Origin: Candidatus Eiseniibacteriota bacterium
Lineage (GTDB): Bacteria; Eisenbacteria; RBG-16-71-46
Reading direction: 5' to 3'
Length of the DNA: 64,000 nucleotides
NCBI GenBank assembly: GCA_963707915.1
Contig: OY970178.1
Location: forward strand, 2,688,001 to 2,752,000
The notes under the pieces: generated by a model
What the model saw: the letters and a program-made list of their open reading frames with translations, nothing else
Told to the model about the DNA's origin: nothing
The model's database searches: none
In this document: positions 29,430 through 40,897 of the stretch, one piece after another
Layout of the letters: every line of letters starts with the position of its first letter
Position numbering within the stretch: position 1 is the first letter of the stretch
Made by a program: the position numbers and the translations under genes

Positions 29430-29668
29430 GCCCCGCCCCGGGGGCGGCAGCGGAGCCCGGCCGCCGGGGGGCGATGTCTTCCCGGCGCCCCGGCCGTTCG
29501 GAGCCCGGCGTGCCCGCCGCGCTCGTCCCCCGGGAGGCCGGGTTCGTCGGCCGCTTCCGGCGGTGGGCGGAGTCCCGGGCGCCGGGAGCCCGGCGTTTCG
29601 CCTATCCTCTGGTCCGGTCGCGGCCCGCGGGGAGCGACGGCCATCGTCCCGTTCGAGGATCCTTCGAC

Positions 29669-32368
29669 ATGCGCACCTCCCGGAAGACCCTGACGTCCCT
29701 GCTGCTGGTCGCGGCGATCGCCGCGCTGCTCGCCGCCCCGGCCCGGGCGGTCCCCACGCACGCCGACTCGGTGCCGCCGCTGCGGGCGCAGCGGCTCACC
29801 GCCCCCGTGGTCATCGACGGCGTGCTGGACGACGCGGCCTGGCAGGCGCCGCCCACGCTGCGGACCCTGACGCAGGGCGGCGCGTTCGAGGGCCAGACGC
29901 CGCGCGAGAGCACCTGGGTGTGGCTGGCCTACGACGACGACGCGCTGGTGGTCGCCGCGCGCTGCTGGGACGCACACCCCGACTCGATGGTGGTGCGCCT
30001 GGTGCGGCGCGACACCGACACGATGGTGGACTACTTCGAGATCCTGCTCGACCCGTTCCACGACCACCGCAGCGGCTACTACTTCGCCATCAGCGCGATG
30101 GGCGTGCTCTACGACGCCATCGGCTTCAACGACGGCTGGTGGGACAACACCTGGGACGGCGTCTGGTCGGGGCGCTCGCGGCGCCAGAGGGTGCCGGCCG
30201 ACGGGGCCGGGATGGCGGGCGGCGAGGGCACCGGCTGGACCACGGAGATGCGCATCCCGTTCTCACAGCTCCGCTACCGCGCCGGCGCCGAGCAGGTCTG
30301 GGGCGTGAACCCCCACCGCTTCATCGCGCGGCACAACGAGGACGACTCCTACGTCTACACGCCGCGCGGGCAGAGCGGCACCATGTCGCGCTGGGCCCAC
30401 CTGGTCGGGCTGCAGAACGGCCACCGCGCCCGCGCCATCGAGCTGTCGCCCTACGTCACGGGCAAGGGCGAGTACCTGGCGCACCAGCCCGGCGATCCGT
30501 TCAACGACGGCTCGCGCGAGACCCCGGGCGTGGGCGCCGACCTGCGCATGGCGGTGGGCAACAACCTGACGCTCAACGCCACCGCGAACCCGGACTTCGG
30601 ACAGGTCGAGGTGGACCCCGCGGTGGTGAACCTCACCGACGTGGAGTCGTACTTCGCGGAGAAGCGGCCGTTCTTCACCGAGAACTCCCGCGTCTTCGGC
30701 TTCGGCAACGAGGGGGCGAACGACTACTGGGGCTTCAACTGGCCCGAGCCGCAGTTCTTCTACCCGCGGCGCGTCGGGCGTGCGCCGCAGGGGACGCCCC
30801 CGTCCGGGGCGGCGTACGCGGACGTGCCGTTCGCGACCCGCATTCTCGGCGCGGCGAAGCTCACCGGCAAGCCGTGGCCGAGCCTGAACTTCGGCACCAT
30901 GCACGCGGTCACCGCGCGCGAGCAGGCCGACTTCGCCACCGGCGGGCTCGAGTCGCGCGCCGACGTCGAGCCGCTGACCTACTACGGCGTGATGCGCAGC
31001 CTGAAGGAGTTCTCCGAGCGGCGCAACGGCCTGGGCGCGATGGTCACGCTGGCCCAGCGGCGCTTCGACGGCGGGCGCCTCGAGGGGTTGCTGAACCGGC
31101 AATCGCTGTTCACCGGCGTGGACGGCTGGCACTTCCTCGACCGGAGGAGGGTCTGGGTGCTCTCCGGCTACACGGGGCTGTCGCGCGTGGCGGGCACGCG
31201 GGAGCGGATGACCGCCCTGCAGCGCGACCCACGCCACTACCTGCAGCGCCCGGACGTGAGCCACCTCGGCGTGGACACCAGCGCCACCTCGCTGACCGGC
31301 GCCGTGGCCCGGGTCTGGCTGCACAAGCAGGAGGGCAGCGTCCTGTTCAACTCGGCGCTGGGCGTCATCAGCCCGCGCTTCGACGTGAACGACATGGGCT
31401 ACCAGTCGCGCGCCGACATCGTGAACGGTCACGTGGGCGTGGGCTACGCGTGGAACCGCCCGAACCGGTGGCGCCGCGCGGCGTGGGCGATCGGGTCGCT
31501 CTACGACAGTCACGATCTCGGCGGCAACCGCATCTCGACCGGCTTCTACGGCTCCGTGGAGACGCGCCTCACCAACAACGCCCTCATCCACGTCAACGTC
31601 AATCCCGTCTTCGAGGCGTTCGACAACCGCCGGACCCGCGGCGGCCCGCTGGTGCGTTTGCCGGGCGCGCTCCAGAGCGACCTGACCGTCAACACGGACG
31701 CCACGCGCCGGCTCGCCTGGGGGCTCGCGGTCGCCGGCTTCCGCCGCCCGCAGGCGGGCTCCTCCAACTGGAGCGTCGAGCCCAGCGTGACCTGGAAGCC
31801 CGTCTCGAGCCTGGCGCTGAGCGCGGGCCCGGGCTACGAGCGCGTGGTCGAGGACGCCCAGTACGTGACCACCGCGCGCGCGAGTGCGGGTGCGCCGGCG
31901 GACTTCGGCGGCCTGCGCTACGTTTTCGCCCGGATCGACCAGCGGACGGTCTCCGCGAGCATCCGCTTCAACGTCTCGTTCACGCCGAACCTGTCGCTGG
32001 AGACCTACCTGCAGCCGCTCATCTCGGCGGGCCGCTACGACGACTACAAGGAGCTGGCGCGCTCGGGCTCCTACGAGTTCACCCGCTACGGCCGGGACTA
32101 CGACCCCGCCACGGGGCTGGTCGGGACCGCGGCCGGCGACACGTTCTTCGTGGGCCGCCCCGATTTCAACTTCAAGTCGCTGCGCGGGAACGCGGTGCTG
32201 CGCTGGGAGTACCGGCCGGGCTCGGTGCTCTACTTCGTCTGGACCCAGGTGCGCACCGACTTCGAGCCCGACGGGGAGCTGCGTTTCGGCCCGGCCTCGC
32301 GCCGGCTGTTCGACGCGCAGGCGGACGACATCTTCCTCGTCAAGGCGACGTACTACCTGAACCTCTAG
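29669..32368 (+). CDS. CBM9-like + DUF5916 protein, copy B
   Basis: Same motifs as copy A; signal peptide MRTSRKTLTSLLLVAAIAALLAAPARA; ends KATYYLNL. Confidence 0.88.
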   Translation: MRTSRKTLTSLLLVAAIAALLAAPARAVPTHADSVPPLRAQRLTAPVVIDGVLDDAAWQAPPTLRTLTQGGAFEGQTPRESTWVWLAYDDDALVVAARCWDAHPDSMVVRLVRRDTDTMVDYFEILLDPFHDHRSGYYFAISAMGVLYDAIGFNDGWWDNTWDGVWSGRSRRQRVPADGAGMAGGEGTGWTTEMRIPFSQLRYRAGAEQVWGVNPHRFIARHNEDDSYVYTPRGQSGTMSRWAHLVGLQNGHRARAIELSPYVTGKGEYLAHQPGDPFNDGSRETPGVGADLRMAVGNNLTLNATANPDFGQVEVDPAVVNLTDVESYFAEKRPFFTENSRVFGFGNEGANDYWGFNWPEPQFFYPRRVGRAPQGTPPSGAAYADVPFATRILGAAKLTGKPWPSLNFGTMHAVTAREQADFATGGLESRADVEPLTYYGVMRSLKEFSERRNGLGAMVTLAQRRFDGGRLEGLLNRQSLFTGVDGWHFLDRRRVWVLSGYTGLSRVAGTRERMTALQRDPRHYLQRPDVSHLGVDTSATSLTGAVARVWLHKQEGSVLFNSALGVISPRFDVNDMGYQSRADIVNGHVGVGYAWNRPNRWRRAAWAIGSLYDSHDLGGNRISTGFYGSVETRLTNNALIHVNVNPVFEAFDNRRTRGGPLVRLPGALQSDLTVNTDATRRLAWGLAVAGFRRPQAGSSNWSVEPSVTWKPVSSLALSAGPGYERVVEDAQYVTTARASAGAPADFGGLRYVFARIDQRTVSASIRFNVSFTPNLSLETYLQPLISAGRYDDYKELARSGSYEFTRYGRDYDPATGLVGTAAGDTFFVGRPDFNFKSLRGNAVLRWEYRPGSVLYFVWTQVRTDFEPDGELRFGPASRRLFDAQADDIFLVKATYYLNL

Positions 32369-32541
32369 CCGGACCGTTCACGGACCGCCCACCGAGAGCG
32401 CGAGATCCCCGGCAGCCGCAAGCCGTCCGGCGGGTCGCGACGGAGTCGTGTCGTCGACCCGTCGAGGAAGCGCTCCATCAAACGACGCGGCAGAGGTCGG
32501 GCCGCTCGCGCCCGCAGGCAGCGGACTCATGAACGGTCCGG
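32369..32541. mobile_element. MITE-like 173-bp element with 12-bp terminal inverted repeats
   Basis: CCGGACCGTTCA (32369-32380) ... TGAACGGTCCGG (32530-32541), imperfectly extendable inward. Fills almost exactly the gap between two convergent stop codons. Confidence 0.4.
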
Positions 32542-32542
32542 G

Positions 32543-33277
32543 TCAGCGGCCGATGTTGCGCCCGGTCAGGACCAGCACCGCCGTGGCGAAGAGCAGCCTG
32601 AAGTCGAGGGCCAGGGAGCGCTCGCGGATGTAGCGGCGGTCGAGATCGAGCGTCTCGGCGAAGGTGAGGTTGTCCCGCCCGGTCAGCTTCGCCAGCGACG
32701 TGATGCCGGGGCGGACGCTGAGGATCTCGGTGGCGGCGGCCCCGTAGTAGCCCAGCAGTTCCGGGATCTCCGGCCGCGGCCCCACGAGGCTCATGTCCCC
32801 GAGCACCACGTTGATCAGGTTCGGAAGCTCGTCGAGGCTGGTCCGCCGGAGGAATCTCCCGGCGCGTGTGACTCGCGGATCCTCGTCCGGGTGGAAGCGC
32901 AGATCGTGCACCTCCTCCGCCGAGTAGTCGTAGTCGTACAGTTCCGGGAAGCGCTGCCGGGCATCCGCGATCATGCCGCGGAACTTCCAGAACGTGAACG
33001 ACCTTCCGCCGCGCCCGATGCGGCGCTGGCGGAACAGGGCGGGCCCCGGGGAGTCGAGCCGCACGGCGAGGGCGATCACCGCCAGCAGCGGACTGATGAC
33101 CAGCAGCCCGAGCCCGGCGAACACGCGATCGCTCGTGGCCTTCGCGATCTCGCCGAGCGGCGTGTAACGCCCGATCGCCGCCGGTGCGGGCGCCGCCGCC
33201 GGCCCCGGCGGCGGGACCATCGTGATGCCATTGCCGTCCGCCGGGTGCGGGTCGTACGGCACGCGCGCGGGGATCAT
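32543..33277 (-). CDS. Priming sugar transferase (polyprenyl-phosphate phosphoglycosyltransferase)
   Basis: [59 protein letters not shown]. Confidence 0.93.
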   Translation of the reverse strand: MIPARVPYDPHPADGNGITMVPPPGPAAAPAPAAIGRYTPLGEIAKATSDRVFAGLGLLVISPLLAVIALAVRLDSPGPALFRQRRIGRGGRSFTFWKFRGMIADARQRFPELYDYDYSAEEVHDLRFHPDEDPRVTRAGRFLRRTSLDELPNLINVVLGDMSLVGPRPEIPELLGYYGAAATEILSVRPGITSLAKLTGRDNLTFAETLDLDRRYIRERSLALDFRLLFATAVLVLTGRNIGR

Positions 33278-34527
33278 GCGGCCTCCCGCAGCTCATCGGC
33301 CGGCCCCGGGCTGGAGGCGTGGACGGCGATGCCGGCGTACCGGTGCGCCACCTTGGTGACCGCGGCGATCACGTCGCGCGCGTCGTCCGCGCTCATCGCC
33401 GCCGACAGCGGCAGGGACAGCGTGCGATCGCCGATGCGCTCGGCGTGCGGGTGGTCCCCCCGCCGGGTGCCGTAGGTCTCGCGGTAGTGCCGGTGCAGGT
33501 GGACCGGCACGAAGTGGATGCCGCTCCCGATGTTCTCGGCCGCCAGGGCGCCCATGAAGCGGCCCCGGTCGCAGTCCAACCCGTCGAGGTCGAGCTCGAG
33601 CGTGTAGAGGTGCCGGGCATGCCGGCTGCCCGCCGACTTCGGCAGCTGGCGTACCCTCACCCCGGGGACGTCCGCGAAGGCCTCGTCGTACATCGCCCAG
33701 ATCGCCTCGCGCACCTTGAGCGAGTCCTCGAGCCGGGCGAGCTGGTGCAGGCCGAGCGAGGCCTGCATGTCGGTCATGTTGTACTTGTAGCCGGGCTCGA
33801 GCGTCTCGTAGGGCATGAACCCGCCCGGCGAGTAGCGCTTCCACGCGTCGCGGTCGAGGCCGTGCAGGCGGAGCGCACGCAGCCGGTCGACGACCGCGGC
33901 GTCGTTGGTGGTGAGCATGCCCCCCTCGCCCGTGGTGAGGTTCTTCGTGGCGTAGAAGCTGAACGCCGTGAAACGGCTGATCGCGCCCACCTTGCCGCCG
34001 CGGTACCAGGTCTCGGCGGCGTGTGCGGCATCCTCGATCACGGTGAGCCCGTGCCGCTCGGCGAGGCCCCCGATCGCGTCCATGTCGCACGGCCAGCCGG
34101 TCATGTGAACCGGCATCACCGCCCGGGTCCGGCGGGTGACCGCGCCCGCGATGCGTTCCGGGTCGATGTTCTGGGTGCGCGGGTCCACGTCCACGAAGAC
34201 CGGCGTCGCTCCGACGTGGGTGATGACGTTCGCCGTGGCGACGAACGTGAGCGGCGTGGTGACCACCTCGTCGCCGGGTCCGACGCCGGCGGCGACGAGG
34301 GCGAGGTGGAGCGCAGCGGTGGCCGAGTTGACGGACACGGCGTGGTCGGCGTGGACGTAGCGCGCGAAATCCTCCTCGAACCGCAGGCACTTGGGACCGA
34401 AGCCGATCCAGCCGGACCGCAGCGTATCCACCATCTCGGCGATCTCCTCCTCGCCGATCAACGGCCGACCGAACACCAGGAACTCCTCCCGGACCGGGCG
34501 CCCACCCTCCGACGCAAGTCGCGACAT
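33274..34527 (-). CDS. DegT/DnrJ/EryC1/StrS nucleotide-sugar aminotransferase
   Basis: VNSATAALHLAL, GPGDEV, TFVATAN, IEDAAHA, FSFYATKNLTTGEGG, GYKYNMTD; GGAGG RBS. Confidence 0.95.
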   Translation of the reverse strand: MSRLASEGGRPVREEFLVFGRPLIGEEEIAEMVDTLRSGWIGFGPKCLRFEEDFARYVHADHAVSVNSATAALHLALVAAGVGPGDEVVTTPLTFVATANVITHVGATPVFVDVDPRTQNIDPERIAGAVTRRTRAVMPVHMTGWPCDMDAIGGLAERHGLTVIEDAAHAAETWYRGGKVGAISRFTAFSFYATKNLTTGEGGMLTTNDAAVVDRLRALRLHGLDRDAWKRYSPGGFMPYETLEPGYKYNMTDMQASLGLHQLARLEDSLKVREAIWAMYDEAFADVPGVRVRQLPKSAGSRHARHLYTLELDLDGLDCDRGRFMGALAAENIGSGIHFVPVHLHRHYRETYGTRRGDHPHAERIGDRTLSLPLSAAMSADDARDVIAAVTKVAHRYAGIAVHASSPGPADELREAA

Positions 34528-34625
34528 GCCATTCCTCCAGGTTCCATCGGTGGATCTTGGTCCTCGTCCGGCGGCGTCCCGGTGGACGGGCGCGCGTCGG
34601 GGCGGACCCCGGCGGAGCCGCTCGA

Positions 34626-35660
34626 CTACGACTCCGGACAGCGACTGCAGTGCAGCGGAAGCGACGAGGGGTCGGACAGGAACGGCTCGATGACCCCGTG
34701 CAACAGGGCCCTGCGCTGGTCGATGGTGAAGCGCGACCCCACGCGGTCCTGCGCCGAACGGCCTGCCTCCGGCCCGAGCGCGAGCGCGCGGCGGATCCCG
34801 GCGGCGATGTCGCCGGGGTCCGGCGAGCCGATCACCACGCCCGTGTCCCCGACGACCTCCGGCAGCGCGCCGGCGTCGGTGACGACCGGGACCGCTCCGC
34901 AGAGCATGCCCTCCGCCAGCGAGAGGCCGAACGCCTCGTGCCGCGAGGCCTGCACCAGGCAGCGGGCGCGCCACAGCCACGCGACCTTGTCCGCGTGCGG
35001 GAGCCGCCCGGTGAAGGTGACGTTGGGGGTCGCGATGCGCCTGCAGCCGGTCGATGGCGTCGTCCATCCACGCGCCGATCACGACGAAGCGCAACCCGCG
35101 GCAGAAGCGCGGCGGCGCGCACGAACGGCTCGAGCCCCTTGCGGGTCAGGTTGCTCGTGCTGACGCCCCCGATCGTGACGGCGACGTCCTCGCGCGGCGC
35201 CGCCGGGATCGGGATAGCGGGCGGCGTCGAGGCCGTGCGGCACGATGCACGAGCTTCGCCGGGTCGGCCCCGGCCGCGATGCGCCTCGCGGCGCGCGAAC
35301 TCCGAGATCACGATCAGCCGCGTCGCGAGCCGCAGCGTCAGCCGCGTGACGAGGCGCTTGAACCACCCGCGGCCGGCGCCGTAGCCGATCCCGCCGCCGG
35401 TCGCGGTGTCGTAGCCCCCGACCGTGACGATCATGGGCCTGCCCAGCAGGCGGCAGGCCAGCGCCGGGAACAGCGAGTGCCAGCTCGCGAACCACGACAT
35501 CACGACGTCGTTCGACGCGAACGAGCCGCAGCAGGCGCAGCGGCCGGGGCCAGCGCGAGCGGCACTCGACGACGGTGAGGTCGTGGCGCTCGCGCAGCAG
35601 GTCGAGGTCGATCTGGATGTACTCGGACATCTCGCGGTAGAAGTAGGCGATGCGTGCCAT
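34626..35660 (-). pseudogene. GT4 glycosyltransferase, several frameshifts
   Basis: Fragments in different frames: MARIAYFY..., SWFASWHS..VTVGGYD, NLTRKGLEPFVRAAA, QASRHEAFGLSLAEGMLCGAVPVVTDAGALPEVVG. Confidence 0.78.
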
Positions 35661-35662
35661 GG

Positions 35663-36807
35663 TCAGGCCCCCGCCGCGCACGACGGGTCCGCCGCGCCGC
35701 CGGGCCCGCGCCGCGCGCCGCGACGTGGGCGAGCACGTCCTCGAGGCGCCGCTCGTAGGTGTAGCCGCCCGCCCAGCAGCGCCGCCGGCCGGCCTCGGCG
35801 ATGCGCGCCCGCTCGTCCTCGTGCGCCAGGTACCAGCGGACCTTCTCGAGCAGCTCGTCGTCGGACGAGAAGTACACGGCCTCCCGGTCCTCCTCGAACA
35901 GCGCCAGGTGCTCCTCGGTGCGCTCGGCGAGCATGAACCCGCCGCACGCCGGGATCTCGACGCTGCGGGTGGTGTGGCGGTCGCGGTTCACCTTGCGCAG
36001 GAAGCAGAGGTTGATGCGGAACGCGGAGACGGCGCTGGCGTAGTCGTCGCTCCACAGCGGCCGGCCCTCGATGCGCAGGTTCGGGGTGCGACGGGCGCAG
36101 GCGGCCCCAGGGCCCCCAGATCCGCACCGGCACGCCGTGGCGGGCCAGGTGGAGCATCGAGGCGCGTCCGCTCGGCCTCGGGCCAGCCGACGAAGCCGAC
36201 CTCGCCGCCGAAGCCGCGCGCGGACCTCCGGCGTGACCGGCATGGGCCGGTGCACCAGCGGGTCGAACGCCTTGTCCACGTGGAAGACGTCGCGCGCGCC
36301 GGCCGCGCGCAGCTCGGACAGGTTGTGGCGCTTGGTGGTGACGTGCAGGTCGTAGAGCGGCAGGCCCGCGCGCCACTGCCGGGACTGGTTGCGCGGGTTG
36401 AACATGTCGTCGCCCGAGTAGTTGAGCAGCACGGTCTCGCGGCCAGCGCTCGCGCAGCGCGCGCAGGGTGGCCGGCTCGACGGTGAGTCCCTTCTCGATC
36501 CACACCACGTGCGGCGCGCAGCCCGACGTCCAGCGCGCGCAGCTGGCGGTTCACGCCCGCGAGGTCGTGGGGCCCGCCGAGCCGGTGGAACGCCGCGGTA
36601 CGGAAGCGTCAGCGCGACCTTCGACCACGGCGCGGGCAACTCGTCCACGGCGAACACGTCGTGGCCCAGCCGCCGGAACGTGCGACAGCGCTGGAGCGAG
36701 GTGCCGCCCTCCACCAGCGGCCCGACGAACAGGATGCGCCGGGGCGGGACGCGCGAAGACTCGGCCGGGGCGGCGTCCGCGGGCCGCGACGGGACGGAGA
36801 CGCTCAT
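35663..36807 (-). pseudogene. CgeB-like GT-B glycosyltransferase, several frameshifts
   Basis: Fragments: RILFVGPL..GTSLQRC, VWIEKG, YSGDDMFNP, EVGFVGW, INLCFLRKVNRDRHTTRSVEIPACGGFMLAERT.EH..LF. Confidence 0.78.
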
Positions 36808-38276
36808 GCGGCCTCCGGGCGGCTGCCCCGGGCGCGCGGCCCGCGCAGCAGGAACAGCGCGATGAGCGCCGGCACGGCGCTGGTGAGGAAGAACTCGATC
36901 TGGACGGCGATCGAGCCCTCGACCAGGTGCACGGCCGCGAGGAAGAAGTAGCCGTAGAGCAGCACCGCGCCCGGCCCCCCGCCGCGCGCCAGGGTGACGG
37001 CGGCCCGCAGCACCCAGCCGAGCAGCGCGAAGCCGGCCAGCACGCCGGCCACGTGGAAGTTGAGGAACAGCTCGCCCGGCAGGGACGGGGACATGTAGGT
37101 CATCGTGCCCCACTCGACCTCCGGCATGCAGAGCTTGGTTGAACCCGAGGCTGAAGCTCTCCGGCTTCGCCGCCCAGCAGCGCGCGCGGGATGAAGAAGG
37201 TGAACAGGTCCAGCAGGCTGCGGCCCCACTGGAGCGGCACCAGGCCCTCGCCGATCGCGTGCAGGACGCGCATGAAGCTGTCCGCGTCGTAGGCCCGGTT
37301 GTAGAACTTGAGCAGCGGCGCGTCGGTGGTCTCGAGGTAGAGCCCCACGCCGTCGAGCCCCGCGATGCCGAGCGAGCGGTAGGCGTAGAACAGCGGGAAC
37401 AGCAGGACGAAGCCGGCGAAGAACCCGAGCACGTGTCCGAGCCGCAGGGGCTTGCGCAGGAAGTGCCAGAACAGCATGGGGGTGAAGAGCACGCGGATCA
37501 GCAGCGACTTGCCGCTGGTGATGAGGTAGAGCGGCACGCTCAGGCAGCAGGCCGAGGCCGAGCCAGAGCCACGGCAGGCGCCGGTCCCCGCGCAGCATCG
37601 CCCCGATCACGAGCACGTGGCAGCCCACGACCGCGAACTCGGTGAGCGCGATCTGCCAGTACCGCCCGACGGCGCCCACGGTGCTGGACGTCCATCGGGT
37701 TCACGGCCGCGGTCGCGAATCCGCCGAGCGAGTGCAGGCGCAGCATCGCGCCGATCCCGCCGATCCCGAGCAGCGCCACGCCCACGGGAACGATGCGCGA
37801 CGTGCGCCACGGCGCCGACAGCAGCGGGGGGCGCGCGAGGTACGCCTCCGCCCACCGTCGCGCGGAGGGCGCGTGGTAGGCGGCGTTCAGGGCGGCGAAC
37901 CCGAGCGCGGAATAGAAGAACATCCAGCCCGCCAACTGGCGGTAGGAGGCCGAGCGCGGGTCGCCCAGCGACGCGCAGGTACGGGCTGTCCACGAAGGTG
38001 AGCACGCCGATCCCGCGCAGCAGCATGGCCAGCAGGAAGTAGGACGCGAAGCACCACATGGCGTCGCCCGGGTCGAGGCCGTGCCGCCAGGCGCGCGCGA
38101 ACGGCCACAGCGCGACGAGCGCCAGCCCCGCGCCGCTCCACCAGACGAACGCGTCCGTCGCCCAGGGGGCCAGCGCCAGGGCGACCGCCGCCCAGGCCGC
38201 AGACCGCCAGGACGCGCACGGGTACGCGCCGCCGGGCGGGAGCGGCGCGAGCGCCGGGCGCAGGGTCGGCGCTCAT
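36804..38276 (-). pseudogene. wzy: Putative Wzy polysaccharide polymerase, frameshifted
   Basis: Hydrophobic fragments with ITSGKS, FFIPRA, PSLPGELFLNFH..GV..GF..LG; position in the cluster; ATGA overlaps. Confidence 0.62.
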
Positions 38277-39356
38277 GCGGCCCGCCGCTCGGCACCCGGC
38301 GCCGGGCGGGCCGGCTCCGCCGGCGTGACGAGCGCCAGGAGGAACCCGACGCCGTAGGCCACGTGCATCACCGCGAGCGCGCCCGGCACGAGCAGCGCCG
38401 CGCGCTCGCGGAGCGCGGCGAGGGACTGCGCGGTCGCGGCCAGCAGGAACAGCGCGTAGGGCCCCAGCACGCAGGCCGGCAGGAACCAGAGCCGCGTCGC
38501 CGCCGCGGCCAGGAACGAGCCGAGCACCGCGCAGACGAAGAGCGCCGGGACGAGGTGACGCGGCGAGCGGGCCAGCCGCCGCGCTTGCGGATGACGCGCA
38601 CCTTCCAGAAGCCGTACCCGAGGTACTGCCGCCACAGCCCGCCCAGGCGGGTGCGGCTGAAGTAGCGCACCGGGATGGCGGGATCCATGACGATGCGGCC
38701 ACCGCTGCGGCGCAGCCGGTCACTCAACTCGTCGTCCTGGTTGCGCACCAGGGTCTCATCGAACCCGCCGATGGCCTCGAACACCTCGCGCCGCCACGCC
38801 CCGAACGGCAGGTGGTCCACCTCGCGCACGGCGTCGGCCCAGCGGAAGGCGGCCCCGCCCACGCCGAACGGCGTGCTCATGGCCCGCGCGATGGCGCGCC
38901 CCATCGTCGTCTCGCCCTCGGCGCGCACCGGGCCGCCCGCGCAGTCCGCCTCGCCGGCGGAGCCTTCGCACGCAGGTGGCGAGGTAGTCCGGCGGGATCA
39001 CGCAGTGACCGTCCACCCGCACGATCACGTCGCCGCGCGCGGCGCGCAGCCCGACGTTGAGCCCGCCCGCGACCCGGCGCAGGGGATTGTGGAGCAGGCG
39101 CACGCGCGGATCCCGCAGGGCCAGGCTCGCGACGACCTCGCGGGTGCGGTCGTCCGACTCCCCGTCCACCACCAGGATCTCGACGGCCGCGCGCGGGTAG
39201 GACTGCCGCAGCACGGCATCGAGCGCCCGGGCGATGTAGCGCTCCTCGTTGCGCACCGCCAGGATGACCGAGACGAACGGGTGCTCCGGGAGCGGACCGC
39301 GGGGGATCCGGCGGGACCGCGGCACGCGCGTCGCGTTCCGTCGCGCGCGGGCTCAT
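38273..39356 (-). pseudogene. GT2 glycosyltransferase (ExoA-like), frameshifted
   Basis: VSVILAVRNEE, QSYP, VDGESDDRT, RVDGH, GGFDETLVRNQDDEL, RQYLGYG; C-terminal TM segments. Confidence 0.82.
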
Positions 39357-40781
39357 CGCGCCCTCCGCCAGCCGCGCCAGCCCGGGCGCGAGCCGCAGCA
39401 ACCCGAGGCCGAGCGCGAGCGGAACGTAGAGCGCCGCGCCCGCCGCGAGCCAGACCCAGACCGGCAGCGGCGCCAGGCGCGGCGCGCGAGCCAGAACAGG
39501 GCGAGCGCGCCGCCGGCCGCGCCGACGCGCAGCAGCGGCCGGAACACGTCGCCGAGTCGGATGCGCCGGCGCAGGCGCGCGGCGTACAGCGCCAGCGCCA
39601 GCGCGAAGCCGGCCACCGAGGTCAGCGCCGCCCCCACCGCGCCCAGGCGCGGCACGAGCAGGAACGCCAGCACCGTCATCGCGCCCAGGGTCGTCCACGC
39701 CACCGCCGCGCGCCGGCGCTCGCCGCCGAGCGCGAGGTTGGTCTGCTCGAGCAGGCCGGTGAGCGCGTACAGCGGCAGCACCCACGCGCCGATCGCCAGC
39801 GCCGGCGGCGCCGGCGACGTAGGCGCGGCCGAAGAGCGCGCCAGCACCTCGGCCGGGAAGAGCGTGAACGCGAGCGCGACCGGCACGCTCAGCGGCCAGC
39901 ACCAGCGCCGCCGAGTCGCCGAGCACCTCGCGGAACACCGGGGAACCGGGCGGCTCGCGCGTCAGCACCGGCATCAGCGGCCACCACAGGATCGCCAGCG
40001 CGCCGATGAACGCGAGCAGCAGGCGGAACCCGGCCGAGAACAGCCCCACCTCGTGCGGCCCGGTCAGCACGCCGGCGAGCAGGATGGGCAGTTGCGTGTA
40101 GCCGATCGCGGCGATCGAGCCCAGCGAGAACATGGAGGAGCGCCGGACGTGCGGCCGCCACGCCGCCAGCGAGAACGCCGGCCGCAGGCGCAGCACGCCC
40201 CGTCGCGCGAGGCGCGGCAGCGTGACCAGCGCCGCGAGGACGAAGCAGCCGCCCCACAGGCCCACCGCCAGCGCCGGGTCGGGGTGCGCCGGGAGCAGCA
40301 CCAGGGTCGCGGCGATGAGGCTCACGGCGTAGACGACGTTGCCGAGCGCGAGCCAGCGGAAGGACTCCAGCCCCGCAGCGCCCAGTCCGGGAACGCGGCG
40401 TAGGCCAGGAAGTAGACCGCCGCGGCGGCGAGAGCCGCGCCGGGTCGCGGGCTCGCCGGGGATGAGGAGGGTGACCGCGAGGTAGAGCGCGGTCAGGACC
40501 AGCGCCGCGAGCAGGCGCGTGCTCCAGAACAGCCCGGCCTGGCCCGGCGGCGCCGCGGTCGCGCGCGGTCTCGCGCGTCGCGTAGCCGCTGTTGAGCGCC
40601 GCGTCACCGACGAGCCAGGCGTACTGCGCGGCCGCCAGCGCGAAGCTGAAGCGCCCGAATCCCGCGACGCCGAGGACCCGGGCGCAGAAGAACGCCAGCC
40701 ACAGCGAGGCGCCGCGGGCGGCCAGGTCGGCGCCGAGGTTCCAGGCGAGGTGCCCCGAGAGCCGTGCCGCGCGTGACTCAC
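39353..40781 (-). pseudogene. wzx: Wzx flippase, frameshifted (start approximate)
   Basis: ARVLGVAGFGRF, EVGLFSAGFRLL, LLVPRLGAVGAA; multi-TM fragments. Confidence 0.75.
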
Positions 40782-40897
40782 GCCCGCGGATCGGCGACGG
40801 TCCCGCGCCCGGCGGGCGGCGGGACGACCGCCAGCGGCGCCGCGCGTGCGCGGGCGGGCTCCGCCCGGGCTCGCGCCGGACGAGGGCGGGCCCGGTC

